From Lama glama (lineage: Eukaryota): a stretch of 64,000 nt of DNA. The stretch covers positions 85,128,001 through 85,192,000 of the forward strand of contig CM052817.1 of assembly GCA_028534125.1 (NCBI GenBank). Direction: 5' to 3'. Both the position numbers and the translations under genes were made by a program. This document shows, piece by piece, positions 51,690 to 64,000 of this stretch. Positions within the stretch are counted from its first letter, which is position 1. Every line of letters starts with the position of its first letter. The notes beneath the pieces were generated by a model. The model saw only the letters and a program-made list of their open reading frames with translations. It ran no database searches and was not told the origin of the DNA.

Positions 51690-52010
51690 GTAGCATTCAT
51701 TTATTTTTTTAAATTAACTGGTCATACACCATGTACAAGTGTCAGAGATACAGGTGAATAAAAAATAGTCATAGTCCCAGCCTTAATGAAGCTCATTCTC
51801 TAGTGGAAAGGATCGGCTTTTAATAAAGTAAGGAAATTAAATATTTGAGTACAAACTTAAATATGAAGGCTGTGTCAGCAGTGCTATGAAAGAATGTTAC
51901 ATGGGGCCTTGTTAAGCCTACAAGGAGGGGTAGTGTTTGCTTGATGAGAGGATGACAATTGATGTAAACTCTAAAGGAGAAATAGGAGTGAAAAATCTGA
52001 GACAGAGCGG
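51690..52010 (-). mobile_element. LINE-2 3' end
   Basis: CATTCATTTATT...GTCCCAGCCTTAATGAAGCTCATTCTCTAGTGG. Confidence 0.6.
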
Positions 52011-52261
52011 TACTGGAGCCTTTTAAGAAGGCTCTTATATATGAAGAAGTGAAAGGATCTGATATGACCAGAAGACTTCTAGTTTACCAATGTTTGTGTG
52101 CCTTGAATTATAATAGACATATAGAATTCTTTAATTTTAAATAGTTATGTAATGATATTGAGCCATATAATTCTGATTCAACAGTTTTCTCAAGTGATGG
52201 CTTAAAAACAGAGACCAGAAATGACTGCTATAAAATATTAATTTCTGGTATAATTTATTTA

Positions 52262-52298
<37 letters not shown>

Positions 52299-52658
52299 GA
52301 CTATGTATAATGGTGTATATAATAATATTCTTGCAAAGGTCTCAAACAGTGATTTGCACATGATAAGCAACCATGAAGTAATGATTAGCTACTTTTTCAA
52401 CATATGTTTATTGAAAACCTAGTAAATATAATACCTACAAACACCTTGCTGGATGCTACTGTCCTCTATTTGACCAAAGATCGGTCAGGTGATGTTTAAA
52501 AGGAATACTTCTTTCTGTGAAAAAGCCATTACCATATGTGTTTGATGTACTTATAATCTCTAGATTTATGCAGGCTTTTTTGCCTTAGCTTCAGGTAGGG
52601 CAGGACAAATCCATTCTTCCTGTGCTGTAAGTGATGAAAATATTAAAATAGTTTTTAT

Positions 52659-52820
52659 CTGTGCTGTCCCCAGTGGTGGTCATTAGCTACATGTGGCTTT
52701 TGAGTACCTGGAATGTGGCCTAGTGCAACTGAGACTTGAATATTTTAATTTATTTTATTTTAATTTATTTTAATTTAAAAAGCTACATGTAACTAGTAGC
52801 AACTGTACTGAAGTGACACT
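52659..52820. mobile_element. MER3-like hAT-Charlie element
   Basis: CTGTGCTGTCC...TAGCTACATGTGGC...AGCTACATGTAACTAGTAGC, with internal inverted symmetry. Confidence 0.75.
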
Positions 52821-53519
52821 TCAGAGGGATTCAGGAAAAGACTTCAAGTTCCCCCTGCAATACTTTTGATACATTTGACATGAGCTTGATATTTCTTGTA
52901 TCTGGTGGCCTGGATCTAATTGAAAGAGATGTTTTCTTAGTATAAGGGAGAACATACTTAAGGTGAAAAAATTTAGGTGTGAACAGAAGCTCATTTTCCC
53001 AACTCACTCGGGGAATAACAACTGAACTTGTTTATATCAAGAAAAAAAATCTGCCAGACCATGTAGATGGAATTGCACAGAAAGTGATTTTTTTCCAACA
53101 ACCCCAAGGAGTTAACAGTTTTCTTTATGTTTACTGTTTGAGTAATAGCCACTTACAAAAGACAGAAATCATAGAAATAAATGAAGTAAATATATTTTAT
53201 AATAAACATTCAGAATAATCTACTGGTCATCTAAAGAAGCAGATGAGAGATTATGTCTGTGTAATCTGTGGTCAGCCAACTCACTTCTCTCCATCATATT
53301 CAATATTTAGAATCTCTAAGAAACATTCTCTCTCTCTAAAATATTTATATTTGAATGTGTATGCATACAATTAATGTGTTCATTCAAAAGGTATAAAAAG
53401 AATCTATAAAGTGAAAAGTGTATTTCTCTTCCCTGTTTGAATGATAGCCATCTAGGACTACTGCTTAGAGATTGTCCTTACTATCAGTTTTCTTGTTTTG
53501 TAAAAATTTCAGAAATACT

Positions 53520-53980
53520 TAATTTACTCCTTCAGCAGGTTTACTGAATATCTGTTATATGCTAGGCATTGTTCTAACTACTAATTTACAAAGGTTGAAA
53601 TAAAAAAATTAAAAATTTCTTTAAAAATTACATTCTAATGGAAGGAAATAGGCAATAAACAAAATAAAATTAAAATGTGGTGTATTAAGTAGTGATAAAT
53701 GCTATTGATTTGTAAAAGAATTTTAAAAGAGATAAAGATGTTGAAGTAGGAAAGGGAATAAGGATTGCCTCAGCTGGGGAAGGAGTTTGCATTTTAAATA
53801 AGATGAGCAGAGAAGGACCTTCAAAACTTTATTTTAATCAAAAGCATGAAGGAAATAAGGGAGCAAGATATGTTTAGGTAGAGAACTGCATGTGCAAAGC
53901 ATCTTAAGGTAGGAGCTTGTCCATCACCTTCCAGGAAAGCATCTTTACAATGTAGCTGGAGCAGGGATCACAAGACAGAG
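53520..53980 (-). mobile_element. LINE-2 3' end
   Basis: TTTACTGAATATCTGTTATATGCTAGGCATTGTTCTA...GCATGTGCAAAG. Confidence 0.65.
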
Positions 53981-54499
53981 CCTTTTTATGCCAAGTAATT
54001 AATACACCATCTAATGATACTTATACTATTCTATGTTGTAGGTTTTTTTTCCATCAAATGTTTTATGTCTTTAGGTTTTGAATAGGGCTTCCATCTCTCT
54101 GGTACCTGCCATCTCTATTAACTACATACTAACTTCAGATAACATAATTACATATTAGGGTCTGATTATTTCTCTTATGGAACGTACTACATAATACTTA
54201 CAAAAATAGCTAAGCTAATTTCTGTTCCAATGTTCTGTTCAAAGTCCAAGTTCAGTTTGTAATGTAAGATTCTGTCCTATATAAGACAGATTGTTTTGCA
54301 CTGAATACAGTTTCATAAAAACTTAACCAAATTTTAATTTACTTGATTATAACATTATTGCCATTATTTTTATAGAAAAAAATAAAAGACTTATGAAAGA
54401 GAACATTTCATTTTAGTTTATTAATGAGGACATCGAAATCTAGAGTGAAGTAAAATGATTTGCCAAAGACTCACATAAGTGATGATAGTTACAGCTAGC

Positions 54500-54730
54500 A
54501 TTATTGTGTTTATAATATGTGATTGCCATTGTGCTAAATACAGGCATTATGTAATTTTAATCTTCCCAACAATCTGAGAGGCAGCCATTAACTATTTTAC
54601 TAATGAGGAAACTGAGGGAAATAAGTAAGTTCTCTAAAGTAATGCAGCAGGTAAATGATACAGCTGGGATCCTATTTAGGTCTTTATACCTCAGAAAGGA
54701 CTCACATTGATAACTGTTTGCTACACTACT
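54500..54730 (-). mobile_element. MIR
   Basis: ATTTTACTAATGAGGAAACTGAGG...CAGCTGGGATCCTATTTAGG. Confidence 0.7.
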
Positions 54731-56982
54731 GGAGTTACAGGGCCAGGGATATCCTATTAAAAACACGAGAGGCAGAGAGGTTTCTGGGAAAGAAAGCAAG
54801 TTTTCACTGTAATCAGATGTTGGATTGAATTTCTCCTCCACATAGAGCTGAATATTTTGGGGTAAGCAATATAACTCTCAGTATGTTTCTAGGTGTGAAT
54901 ATTGAGGAACCAAATTACAGTCCCGTATTTGCTTATCGGGACTTTGACTTTATCCAGTATGGGTAAAGTTAGAAGCCATAAAGCTTCCTAATTTAATGTG
55001 TGAGTACATCCTTATAGAGTAAATAAAAGAAGCTGTTCAGTTGAGATGAAAACCTTTATATGCCGAAAAGAACATAGATTATTATGTTAAGAATAAGGTT
55101 CGTAATTTAAAATGAAAGTTTAGTACAATATCAATAGAAAACCCAAAGTATCTACTTATTTTAAGGTTATAAGAGAATACTGAAATTAAGAAGGTGTTCA
55201 TTAATTTGTCCCATATCATCTGCTTAGTTTTCACTTCTTTTGTGCACATACATTTGAATTTTTACTTACATTAAATGAAGAAAGTCCATATTATCAGCAT
55301 GGATCATTATGTATCTAGATTGTAAATGGCATTTAAAAAGTAACTATTTTGTTTGCACATGCAGAGCGATAAACTCCCCAGTTAGGTTCATAATAGTCAC
55401 TCAGTATTGATACTGCAAGTAATTTGATTTTTTTTGAAATTTAAAATAAATTTACTTTTATAGGGTAAAATAGCTTTGAACTGGCTATTAATCTGAAATT
55501 GTAACTGATTTTTATTGTGCTTACCAAGAAGCAAAGTTTCAGTTACCTCGATTGCTGTATTTTGCCAAACATTTTTTTAACCTATTCTTTTGTATATGAA
55601 AATGATATGATTTACCCACTGTGAGTAGAAAAGCTTCAAGTTATTATTATATTATTCATAATGAATTTACAATAAGCATCCAACCTCCCACACCGAGACC
55701 CCTGGTGATCAGCTGAATGCATTTACTGGATCACCAGCTGAGATTACAAGGTGTAATCTGTAGCTAGGGATCAAAGATTACTCTGTGAAAATTTAATTTA
55801 CCCTTACGGGGATCAAAAGCTCATTAATACTCCATTCTTTCCAACTGAGCTAAAAGCTTGAAGCAATTAGTATTTGAAAAAATATTTTCTTTCATTAATT
55901 TATTTTTTTACTATGTAATCTGTGTTGGTTCCCTTTTAAGTATTGATAGGGTATATTTTAAAATAGAAATGTACAGGCTATATCTTAGGTTTTGTTGTTG
56001 TTTTTGTTTTGGATTACTATTCCCTAACAACTTTTATTCCCTAACAATTTATACAACAACTTAAACAGCAACAACGAAAAAGTAGCATCTAGGTGTTCAC
56101 TTCATCTGCTTTCCAAATGAAGTGACCAAACACTTCAAGAGGGTCTATATTTTTCCTGCAAGGAAGAAGTGAGAAAACATTTTTAATCATTAACACAAGA
56201 GAGTTTTGCCACTTCTCAGTGATGAAGACATTGTGTACTAGCTGCTTTAGCCTGAAGGCAGTTTATTAGTTACACAGATGTGTTAGAAATACAGCTCCTG
56301 GCAGTGTTTAACATGGCTAGTGAATGAGTAACTGCAGTTTTTATATACTTCACCAAGGCATTACGTTATTCTTACCAATTATTACATGCAAATAAAATAT
56401 AAGTCTGTGTGATTATATAGTATCTTTTATATCCAAACGTTATTCATAAAGAAAATATTCATGAATGGAAAAGGATGGTAAATATTGGTGGCAAACAGCC
56501 AAAGATTTTTGTTTTGGTTTAAAACTCTGACATAATTTGAAATTATGATATATTACTAAGTCTCTTCATAATAATAGCATGTTGACAAGTGATACTGTGA
56601 ATAGACAATCTGTAATGCTGCAAACCAAAGATTAGGGAAACTTTTGTATAATGAGTTAGAATCATTCTTTCATTATTGTCCCTCCTTGGTAGTACATCAA
56701 CTCTTTTGGCCCTTTAATGCAATGTTGAGGATTTTCAAGTGATGGTGAATAATAGAGTAAATAAAATTACAGTGGCTATAAGAGAGAATGTCTTTATAGA
56801 TGCTTTAGTAATATACTTCTAACACTAGTAAAATGGGAATTGAAAAAGTGGTTAATTTGTAATTAGGGCTTTTAGAAAGTAAAACTTTTTTTGACTACTT
56901 TTCTTTCATGGTAGAGAATTGTAAAACATGTCTTAAGAAAAAAACATGCAAACTTTGTCATCATTTTTTTTTTCAGTGAGAA

Positions 56983-57237
56983 TTTTTTTCCAGCTTTACT
57001 GAGGTACAATTGATAAATCAAGTTGTATTATTTAAAGTGTGTAACATGATGATTTTATCCACTTTTTATATATTGTGAAAGGAATCCATCACCCTCATAG
57101 TTAATTCACAATACCACCACCTCACATTTATCTTTTTTAAAAATGAGAACCTTTAAAGGTCTACTCTTCTAGCAAATTTCAGTTAAATACAGCATTGTCA
57201 GTTATAATCACCATGTTATACATTAGATCCTCAGACT
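56983..57237 (-). mobile_element. L1MA9-like 3' end
   Basis: TTTTTTCCAGCTTTACTGAGGTACAATTGA...CATGTTATACATTAGATCCTCAGA. Confidence 0.75.
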
Positions 57238-57679
57238 TTGTATTATACAGACTTTATTTATCTTAAATTGTTAGAACTTGAGATGATTAATTAAATTGGG
57301 GGCAAACTGTTGACACCATGAAGATGCTTTCCTCCTTCAGAAAAGTTGCTAAGATCTAAACTAAGTTTATTTTCATTATGTGAGGAAGCAACCTTCAGAA
57401 ACAACACACTACCTTCTGCCTTGCTCCAAGTTAACTGGAATTCATGTCTTTCTAAGACAACTCTTAACTCCTTACTTCATCTCATTTATTGAACTATCCA
57501 GGGAGACATCTAACCCCCAGCTCTTTCTTTTGTGATCCATGTTTTCAATATATTAGGCTGGGAATCTCATTGATGTCAAGTGATCCTAATTCTGGTCTAA
57601 AATAAAATTAACTTGTTTAGCAATTGGAAAAGCTATGATTTAGCCACATCCCTGTGGCACAATTTAGAAGAAATTTCAT

Positions 57680-57870
57680 AGCTATAATTTATTGAAGCTA
57701 GACGTTGACTTAAATGCCTTACAGGCACTGCATTATTTACTTCTTACAATAAGCTAATGTATCAGGTAAATAAATGCCAGTATTTACCCATTTTAGAGAT
57801 GAGAAAATGGATATTTTGAAAGATTAAGTTATTTGCCCAAAGTTACACAACTAGTTATTGGCAGTGAGAT
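57680..57870 (-). mobile_element. MIR
   Basis: CCCATTTTAGAGATGAGAAAA...TTATTTGCCCAAAGTTACACAACTAG. Confidence 0.7.
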
Positions 57871-58812
57871 TACAATATTATAAACTATGCCTTATTGTAA
57901 CTGCTAATATCAAATTTCCTTTTTTTTTTTACAAACTATATTGTCCAAAATGTAATATACATATTTTTAATGCAGAAGCTTGACTGTAGACTTATTTTAA
58001 CACTGGAGCATTAATTTGAATATTTTAAGTAAAAGTATCTAGCATATGTATAGTTTTTACATGAAGGGAACAGAAATTAACTGTGATCCACATAAACACA
58101 TATAAAGTAAAAGTTTTATCTGATTATTTGAAATAATTTTCTGCTACCTCTTATTCTTTCCTTTTGAATAAAGTAAAATTTATACACAATATAGAGAAGA
58201 AAAAATATTTTTTAAACTAGGAAATGTTTTATATTAATTTATCTGAAAGAATTACATTTTACTTCTTCACCACTTACTGTCTTCACTTGTCTTCAAATGA
58301 ACTATTTGAAGTAAAAAATTTCTCAATACCTACACATAGTAAGTACATTATAAATACTAATTAGTCAGTTGATTACATATGATCAATTAGAGTAAACATT
58401 GTGTGCCAAGTGACTACCCAAGGAATTCTAGAAATCAGTTAACATTTTATTTAGTGCACAATGGAAAGCTCAATTATGTGTTACTGTATCATTATATCTT
58501 GGGTTATTTATTGTGCTAATCACTAGGGTTGCAAAAATAAAAATATACAAGAATATCAAATATAGTAAGAGTTGCAAGCAAGCAAATCACCTCACAAAAT
58601 TATGTACAAAATTCAAAGGAATGATCCTGAAGGCAGTGAAGGATGTTAAAAACCTCATAGAAGAGATAATGCCATACCAAATTCCTACTCAACCTCAAAA
58701 CCAGTTTGGTTTTGAGGTTGAGTAGAAACTTGGGAAGGCCATATACAATTTGAAAGTTATATACATATAATTACTGTGTGTTTGTGTAAAGTTATGTGGG
58801 GGGCTGAAACAT

Positions 58813-59308
58813 TGTGGTAGGCAGAATAATGACCTCCCCAAATACCCAGATCCTGGATCTTGGAACCTGTGAATGATACCTCATAGAGCAAACAGGTCTC
58901 TGAAGATGAGATTAAATTAAAGATCTTTGGAGAAGTTACCCTGGAATACCCTTGTGAGCCTACCTATGATTACAAGTGTCCTGATAAAAGGGAGGCAGAG
59001 GGAGATGTGACTACAAAAGGGGAAAAAGTGATGTGATGAGGAAAACAGAAATTGGAAGATGTGTTTTGAAGATGGAGAAAGAGCACAAGTCAAGGAACAC
59101 AGGCCACTGGAAGCTGAAAAAGGCCAAGTAATTGGGTTTTCCTCTCAGCCTTCAAAAGGAACCAGCCTTGCTGATAATTTGATGTCAGCTTGTGTATCTG
59201 ATGATTTCAGACTTCAGACCTCCAGAACTATAAGAGAATGAATTTATGATTTATTAATACCAATAAGTTTGTGATACTTTGTTACAGTGGCAATAGGAAA
59301 CTAATACG
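58813..59308 (+). mobile_element. MLT1D-like MaLR solo LTR
   Basis: TGTGGTAGGCAGAATAATGACCTCCCCAAA...GTTACAGTGGCAATAGGAAACTAATAC; 5-bp TSD AACAT and AGCAT. Confidence 0.9.
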
Positions 59309-59649
59309 AGCATGAGCTCTTACCCTGAAAAGCCTCACTTGCATCCCAAACCTGGCTCTAGCCCCAGAGGTTATCTTAGACTCACTCATCAGCGTTATAA
59401 ATTTGATTGATGTTATCATTCAGATGCTCACCTCATATATTTTATGATCTATATGCATTAAAGTCACTTCTCTTTGGTTATAGTTCTGTCTGCAACCTGA
59501 CTTGGAGTTAAAAATATGCATTTCAATGTTCCAGGAAATACCACAGGCCCTCAGTTCTTTCTTTGGAAAATTACTGAATTCATACATAATAATGTAACTG
59601 TTTATTTCTAAGATCCTTAATGAGTCACATGCTTAGATTTGAATTTCAA

Positions 59650-60300
59650 AAATATAATTTTAGCATCAAGTCAGAAGAATAAAATAGTGAATGAGAAGTT
59701 GGTAAGAGGACCAGTGAAAAAGAGACTAGATTACATATGGAAAAGTTTTGTCCTATGTGGGAGCAAAAAAAGACATATTCTAAAGATATTTTGGATCCAA
59801 AATCAAGTGTGTGACTGGATTATTGGGGGTTTTGGAGCCAAAGATAACTCTGACATTTATAACTTGGTCGACTGAGTCATGAGGTAACTGAGCTAGAAAA
59901 TACATGTGTAGGAACAGGTATATAGATTTAAAGCTAAATGTTGATTTCTTATTGGACATCTGCATGGAGACTGATATTTAAAAATGTAAATGGAATGCAG
60001 TAGAGAAGCCAGTGTGCCTGTGTGGAGTCTGGAGATAAGTGAAGCCACCTGGAAGTCTTTGGGACTAGCATGCTTCCAAAGAGCATGGAAGGATAGAAAA
60101 GAGTTCCAGTTCCAGAATCCTAGGAAACGTAAATTGAAAACTCTGTAAAAAGAAGATCCAGTGAGAGAGACTGGAAAAAAAAATCTAAAGGGAAAGAGCA
60201 TAAAGAAATGTTGATGGAAGGATGAATTCTGTAGAGGTCTATCCTCTCTTGCATACCAGAGAGACAGTAGAGATAGGTGATTGCAAAGTAGTATTGACAT
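59650..60300 (-). mobile_element. LINE-2 fragment
   Basis: TTGGACATCTGCATGGAGA...TGGAGTCTGGAGA...GAGAGAGACTGGAAAA. Explains the 143-aa ORF 59893-60324 as spurious. Confidence 0.55.
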
Positions 60301-61215
60301 TCTGGATGAGATTATATAATTCATAAATCCATATTTGTTTTTCTACCAATATTTGAATTAATGGGATTAAAAAATCGAGTGTAATGGGAATATGTACTTC
60401 AAAAAGGGTATGAACTTGCAGGAATTTATAAAACACTTCATATGCTTGCCCTTTTGTATTTTAGGGTATTTATTCTAAATTTTATGTTCTTATAATGATA
60501 CGATAGTAAGTGCATTTAAACCTGGCCCTCAATTATCATGAGGCTTAAAAATAACTCTACTAATTCTTTGTGATTAAAAAAAAGTTCTCAGCCATTTGGT
60601 TTTATAGTTTTCATGCTTATTTGTGGGATCTTCTCACTGCCTCTTATAAATAAAATGCTATTATGGTTTCTGGTTAGAGGCTAGGAATTTTCATTCTCTG
60701 GAAAATTAAATTAAAAGAGATGAAACACATTTATATACACTAGAAACAAGGATACCAGTTGATCTGTGAAATGTGAAGTTTCTGATGCAATCATGAAGAA
60801 AAAGACATTTAGAAAGGAAAATGCTGTCTACCCTTGAGTGCCCTTTTAACTTGGTCATGATGTCACTGTGGTTATTACTCCTAAGTAGTAAGGTTATTAA
60901 TTTCCATTTGAATAAAAATAAGGATCCAGACTTGTTTGTATGAAATCAGAAGGCATTCTAAAATTCATATTTTCCTACTTCATATTTCATAGATAAGGAG
61001 ATTATTAGATATGATCAAAAGGCTAACAAAAATGACTGTTTTCCATAAGTTTTATTCACACACAGAGTTTAATTTTAGTGGACCCTACTTTTGAACTAAA
61101 TATAGCCTTTCTTACTAACCATAAGTCACTCCAAATTGAGCTGTTATAAAATATTAAATCAGTTTTAATTAATCTCCTCTAAGGGTGTAAAAATGGGATA
61201 TTTCTTTTCACATTT

Positions 61216-61360
61216 ATTTTTATGCATAGTCAGTTTCCAGTGTTGAATCAACCTCTGGTGTACAGCATAATATTTCTGTCACACATATGCATACATATAT
61301 TCCCTTTCATATTCTTTTTCATTATAGGTTGCTACAAGACATTGACAAAAGTTCCCTGTG
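61216..61360 (-). mobile_element. Very short (about 145 bp) LINE-1 3' end
   Basis: Perfect 14-bp TSD TTCTTTTCACATTT (61202-61215, 61361-61374) next to a TTTT/AA site; sequence resembles the 3' UTR of the 35232 L1. Confidence 0.85.
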
Positions 61361-64000
61361 TTCTTTTCACATTTTTAACGTATTTATCATACCAAACCTT
61401 GTATTTCCATGTATAAAGGACTTGGATCTTATTTCCATGGCATTCTAAAGAGCCAAACATTTCTTAACACTGTTTCCTCTCCTCACCAATGATTTGGACA
61501 GTAGTAGTTCAGGGTTCATCTCAGGAAATGTGGTGATTCTTTTGGAGATTTCACTGTTTTTTCCATCAAAGCCCTCTTGATGCACAAGCACTGGTTATAT
61601 GACTTCAGTAAGTGTCTCCTTTCTTAAGGTATTTAAACATATTTTACTGAATTCGAGAATATCGATAGGTCCCAGTAGACTGGGTGGTGAATGAAGAGCA
61701 CCTCTCTTCGGCTTCCAAAAAAGTTTCATAAAGACGTTTGGTTTCCTCCTCTGACTTACTTTCTGATTAGATGATACACTCTGAATGGTGATGGTCCTGT
61801 CCCTGCCTATGATGGGGATGATTGGCTGCTAGTTTGTTGTGATGGCTGCTCTAAGCTGGTGTTATAGATTCTCTTCAAATCCAGGATTTGTCAGTAACTA
61901 CTCATGAAAATTTGGGGCAAAAATTATATTTTGTGTACATCACTTGTCATTTGTAAATGGGGATGGTAGTACTTATGCATGAGTAGTTTAGAGGTTTCTG
62001 AAAAAAAGTGAAAATAAAGTGCTTAACACACAGCCTAAGTTAACAGGCATTTAGTAAGTAATAGCTATACAAATTATTATGTAATGATATGTACATTACA
62101 TGTTATATAAAATTATATATTACTAGGAATTTATGGAAATGTAGGCCTGACAAGTTAATCATGGAGGAAGCCTCCTTTATTTCTCACTATGATGCTTTTT
62201 AATCTTCTAAGCCCAACTCCTGGCATATCTGAGGACAGAAACATAGTAAAGGCTATTATAATTGGGTCAGTTGACTATTTTGATTCTACTTTCATAGCAT
62301 ATAATACAATATTCTGATATCCCACCTTTTTAAATGCAAACTTTGGGAATGATTTCAGCAGTTAAAAAAAAAGAAAAAGAAAAGGCTGGATGTATGGTAA
62401 CATCTTTAGGTTCATGTATTATCAGCTGAAGTCTACAGATAATTGAGCACAATCTATGTGCCAGAAAAGGTTGCAGGCACTAATATGCTGAGTGTTCTGT
62501 GAATTAAGTCACCATCACTTGAAATTAAAATCTCTTAATGTAATAGTATAGACTGGCCTACCGTCATTAACAGTTACTAAGGAAATTTACAATCCACCCT
62601 CATGAAAGAGAGAAGAAAATACTATTGAGCACTTATAATGAGCTATGTGTTTTCATTATAATATCTCCATTAACTTATTTATTAAAAACTGTAATATGAT
62701 ATTTTATACATTAGATGAAGTAACAGAAAATCATAGAAGTTAATAAACTTTTCCAAAATTGGACACATAAATGAATAGTGTACCTGGAATTCTTCCCAAT
62801 ATAATATTTCAAGTTTTAGACATAAAAAAATTAACATAACCAAATTAAAATATAAATTTGTTATTATTCATTTTATATGCATAAAATGCTTGTTGCCAAT
62901 TCATGACTGTTAGAAAATAGAATCAAACAGTTGGGTATTAGAGGTAGAAAATGTTTTGCAGGGAGAGATATAATCTTTCATATCTCTTTTCTTTTTCTCC
63001 TTTTTTGTAACTTCTATTAAGAGGAATTAGGAAAACAGGATTTTAAGATGTTTATCAGATTTCTAAATGATACCTTATGTCTCAAGAAATGACAAGGCCT
63101 TAGAAATTCTAAAATGTGTTATTAAATACAAATGCATCATAATTAGTAGTGTAACAAAATCATGCTCCTGATTTTGCATATTCTAAGAGAGTGATTTTTT
63201 TCTTCACATTATAAAGTCTACTTAGAGATTTATGTTATAAGACACAAATTTTTAGTTTCAGTTCTTCCACTAACTCCAACTTGGTGACTTAGAAAAATTT
63301 TATCACTATAGCCCCTGATTCTCTATTGAAAATATTAATAATAGTGTTCTACCTCACCAAAAGAATAAATTACTAAAATATGGTAAAAATTATTTTGAGC
63401 ATTAAGATTACAAAAAGTAAAGTTTAGGGTGTTAATATAATCTAAGCCTACTGAATTTCAAGTTTTATGAAACTTTTTTTATTGAAAAACTATTGTGGAT
63501 AATGTAAAGTATTTCACTGAAGCAGTAATGTCATTTTAGTATTCAGTGATAGTATTAAAAGACTTAGCATTGCCTAACCACAGTTCCTTGTTCCATAAAA
63601 GGATGAGCATCTTTCCTTTATTTTTTAGTACTCTTTTAAAAAGTACTACTCACAAGCTGAATTTTTTTTCAAGGCTAAAGAAAAAAATCCTAATGGAAAA
63701 GTAAAATCTCAACTTCTTGGCCTGAAACCATGTAACACTGTTTTTCAGATGGGAAAAAAGGAAGAGCAAAAAATGTGATGAACCCTTAATACTATAAGCT
63801 TCTCTAACTGAGATGTGGTGGTAATTGCTTTTTATTTTTTTGTAACATTTCCTGGAAATGGTAATGCTTTCAAGTGAGGATCAAAGAGAATGACCTACAT
63901 AAGAAATAGATAGCAACATGTAGTTACATTTTTCATCCTTTGTAATATGCTTCTTGTGTCTACACTTCTAATAAGAAACACAGCATAATGCTCATCATTT

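Noticed and set aside
59893..60324. Longest ORF in the window (143 aa)
   Set aside because: Overlaps a decayed L2, has low-complexity F/S/L composition and no recognisable domain.

Overview
AT-rich, CpG-depleted mammalian genomic DNA, mostly non-coding and rich in old interspersed repeats. It is probably cetartiodactyl; the youngest L1 3' ends look camelid-like, which is an inference from recalled repeat sequences. I could not recognise any protein-coding exon of a known gene, nor any rRNA, tRNA or CRISPR array. The ORF-track entries with recognisable protein similarity are decayed LINE-1 ORF2. The one clear functional landmark is a small CpG-island promoter at about 11615-11830 (NRF1 x2, ETS/GABPA, E2F, GC boxes, downstream YY1). 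It has a strong + strand splice donor at 12046/12047, candidate downstream exons (13191-13318; 17368 or 17446 to 17543) and signs of a divergent minus-strand transcript. This fits a spliced lncRNA or long-gene 5' end, possibly carrying a 63-115 aa small ORF. About 0.8 kb upstream lies a two-LTR, internally deleted ERV1-type provirus (8273-10822). Other repeats include solo LTRs, L1 copies with readable TSDs, L2, MIR, hAT and Tigger elements, several of them nested. Some repeat-free stretches carry enhancer-like palindromes or motif clusters. I found no convincing wholly new biological system. Repeat family names come from pattern recall, not from a database search.
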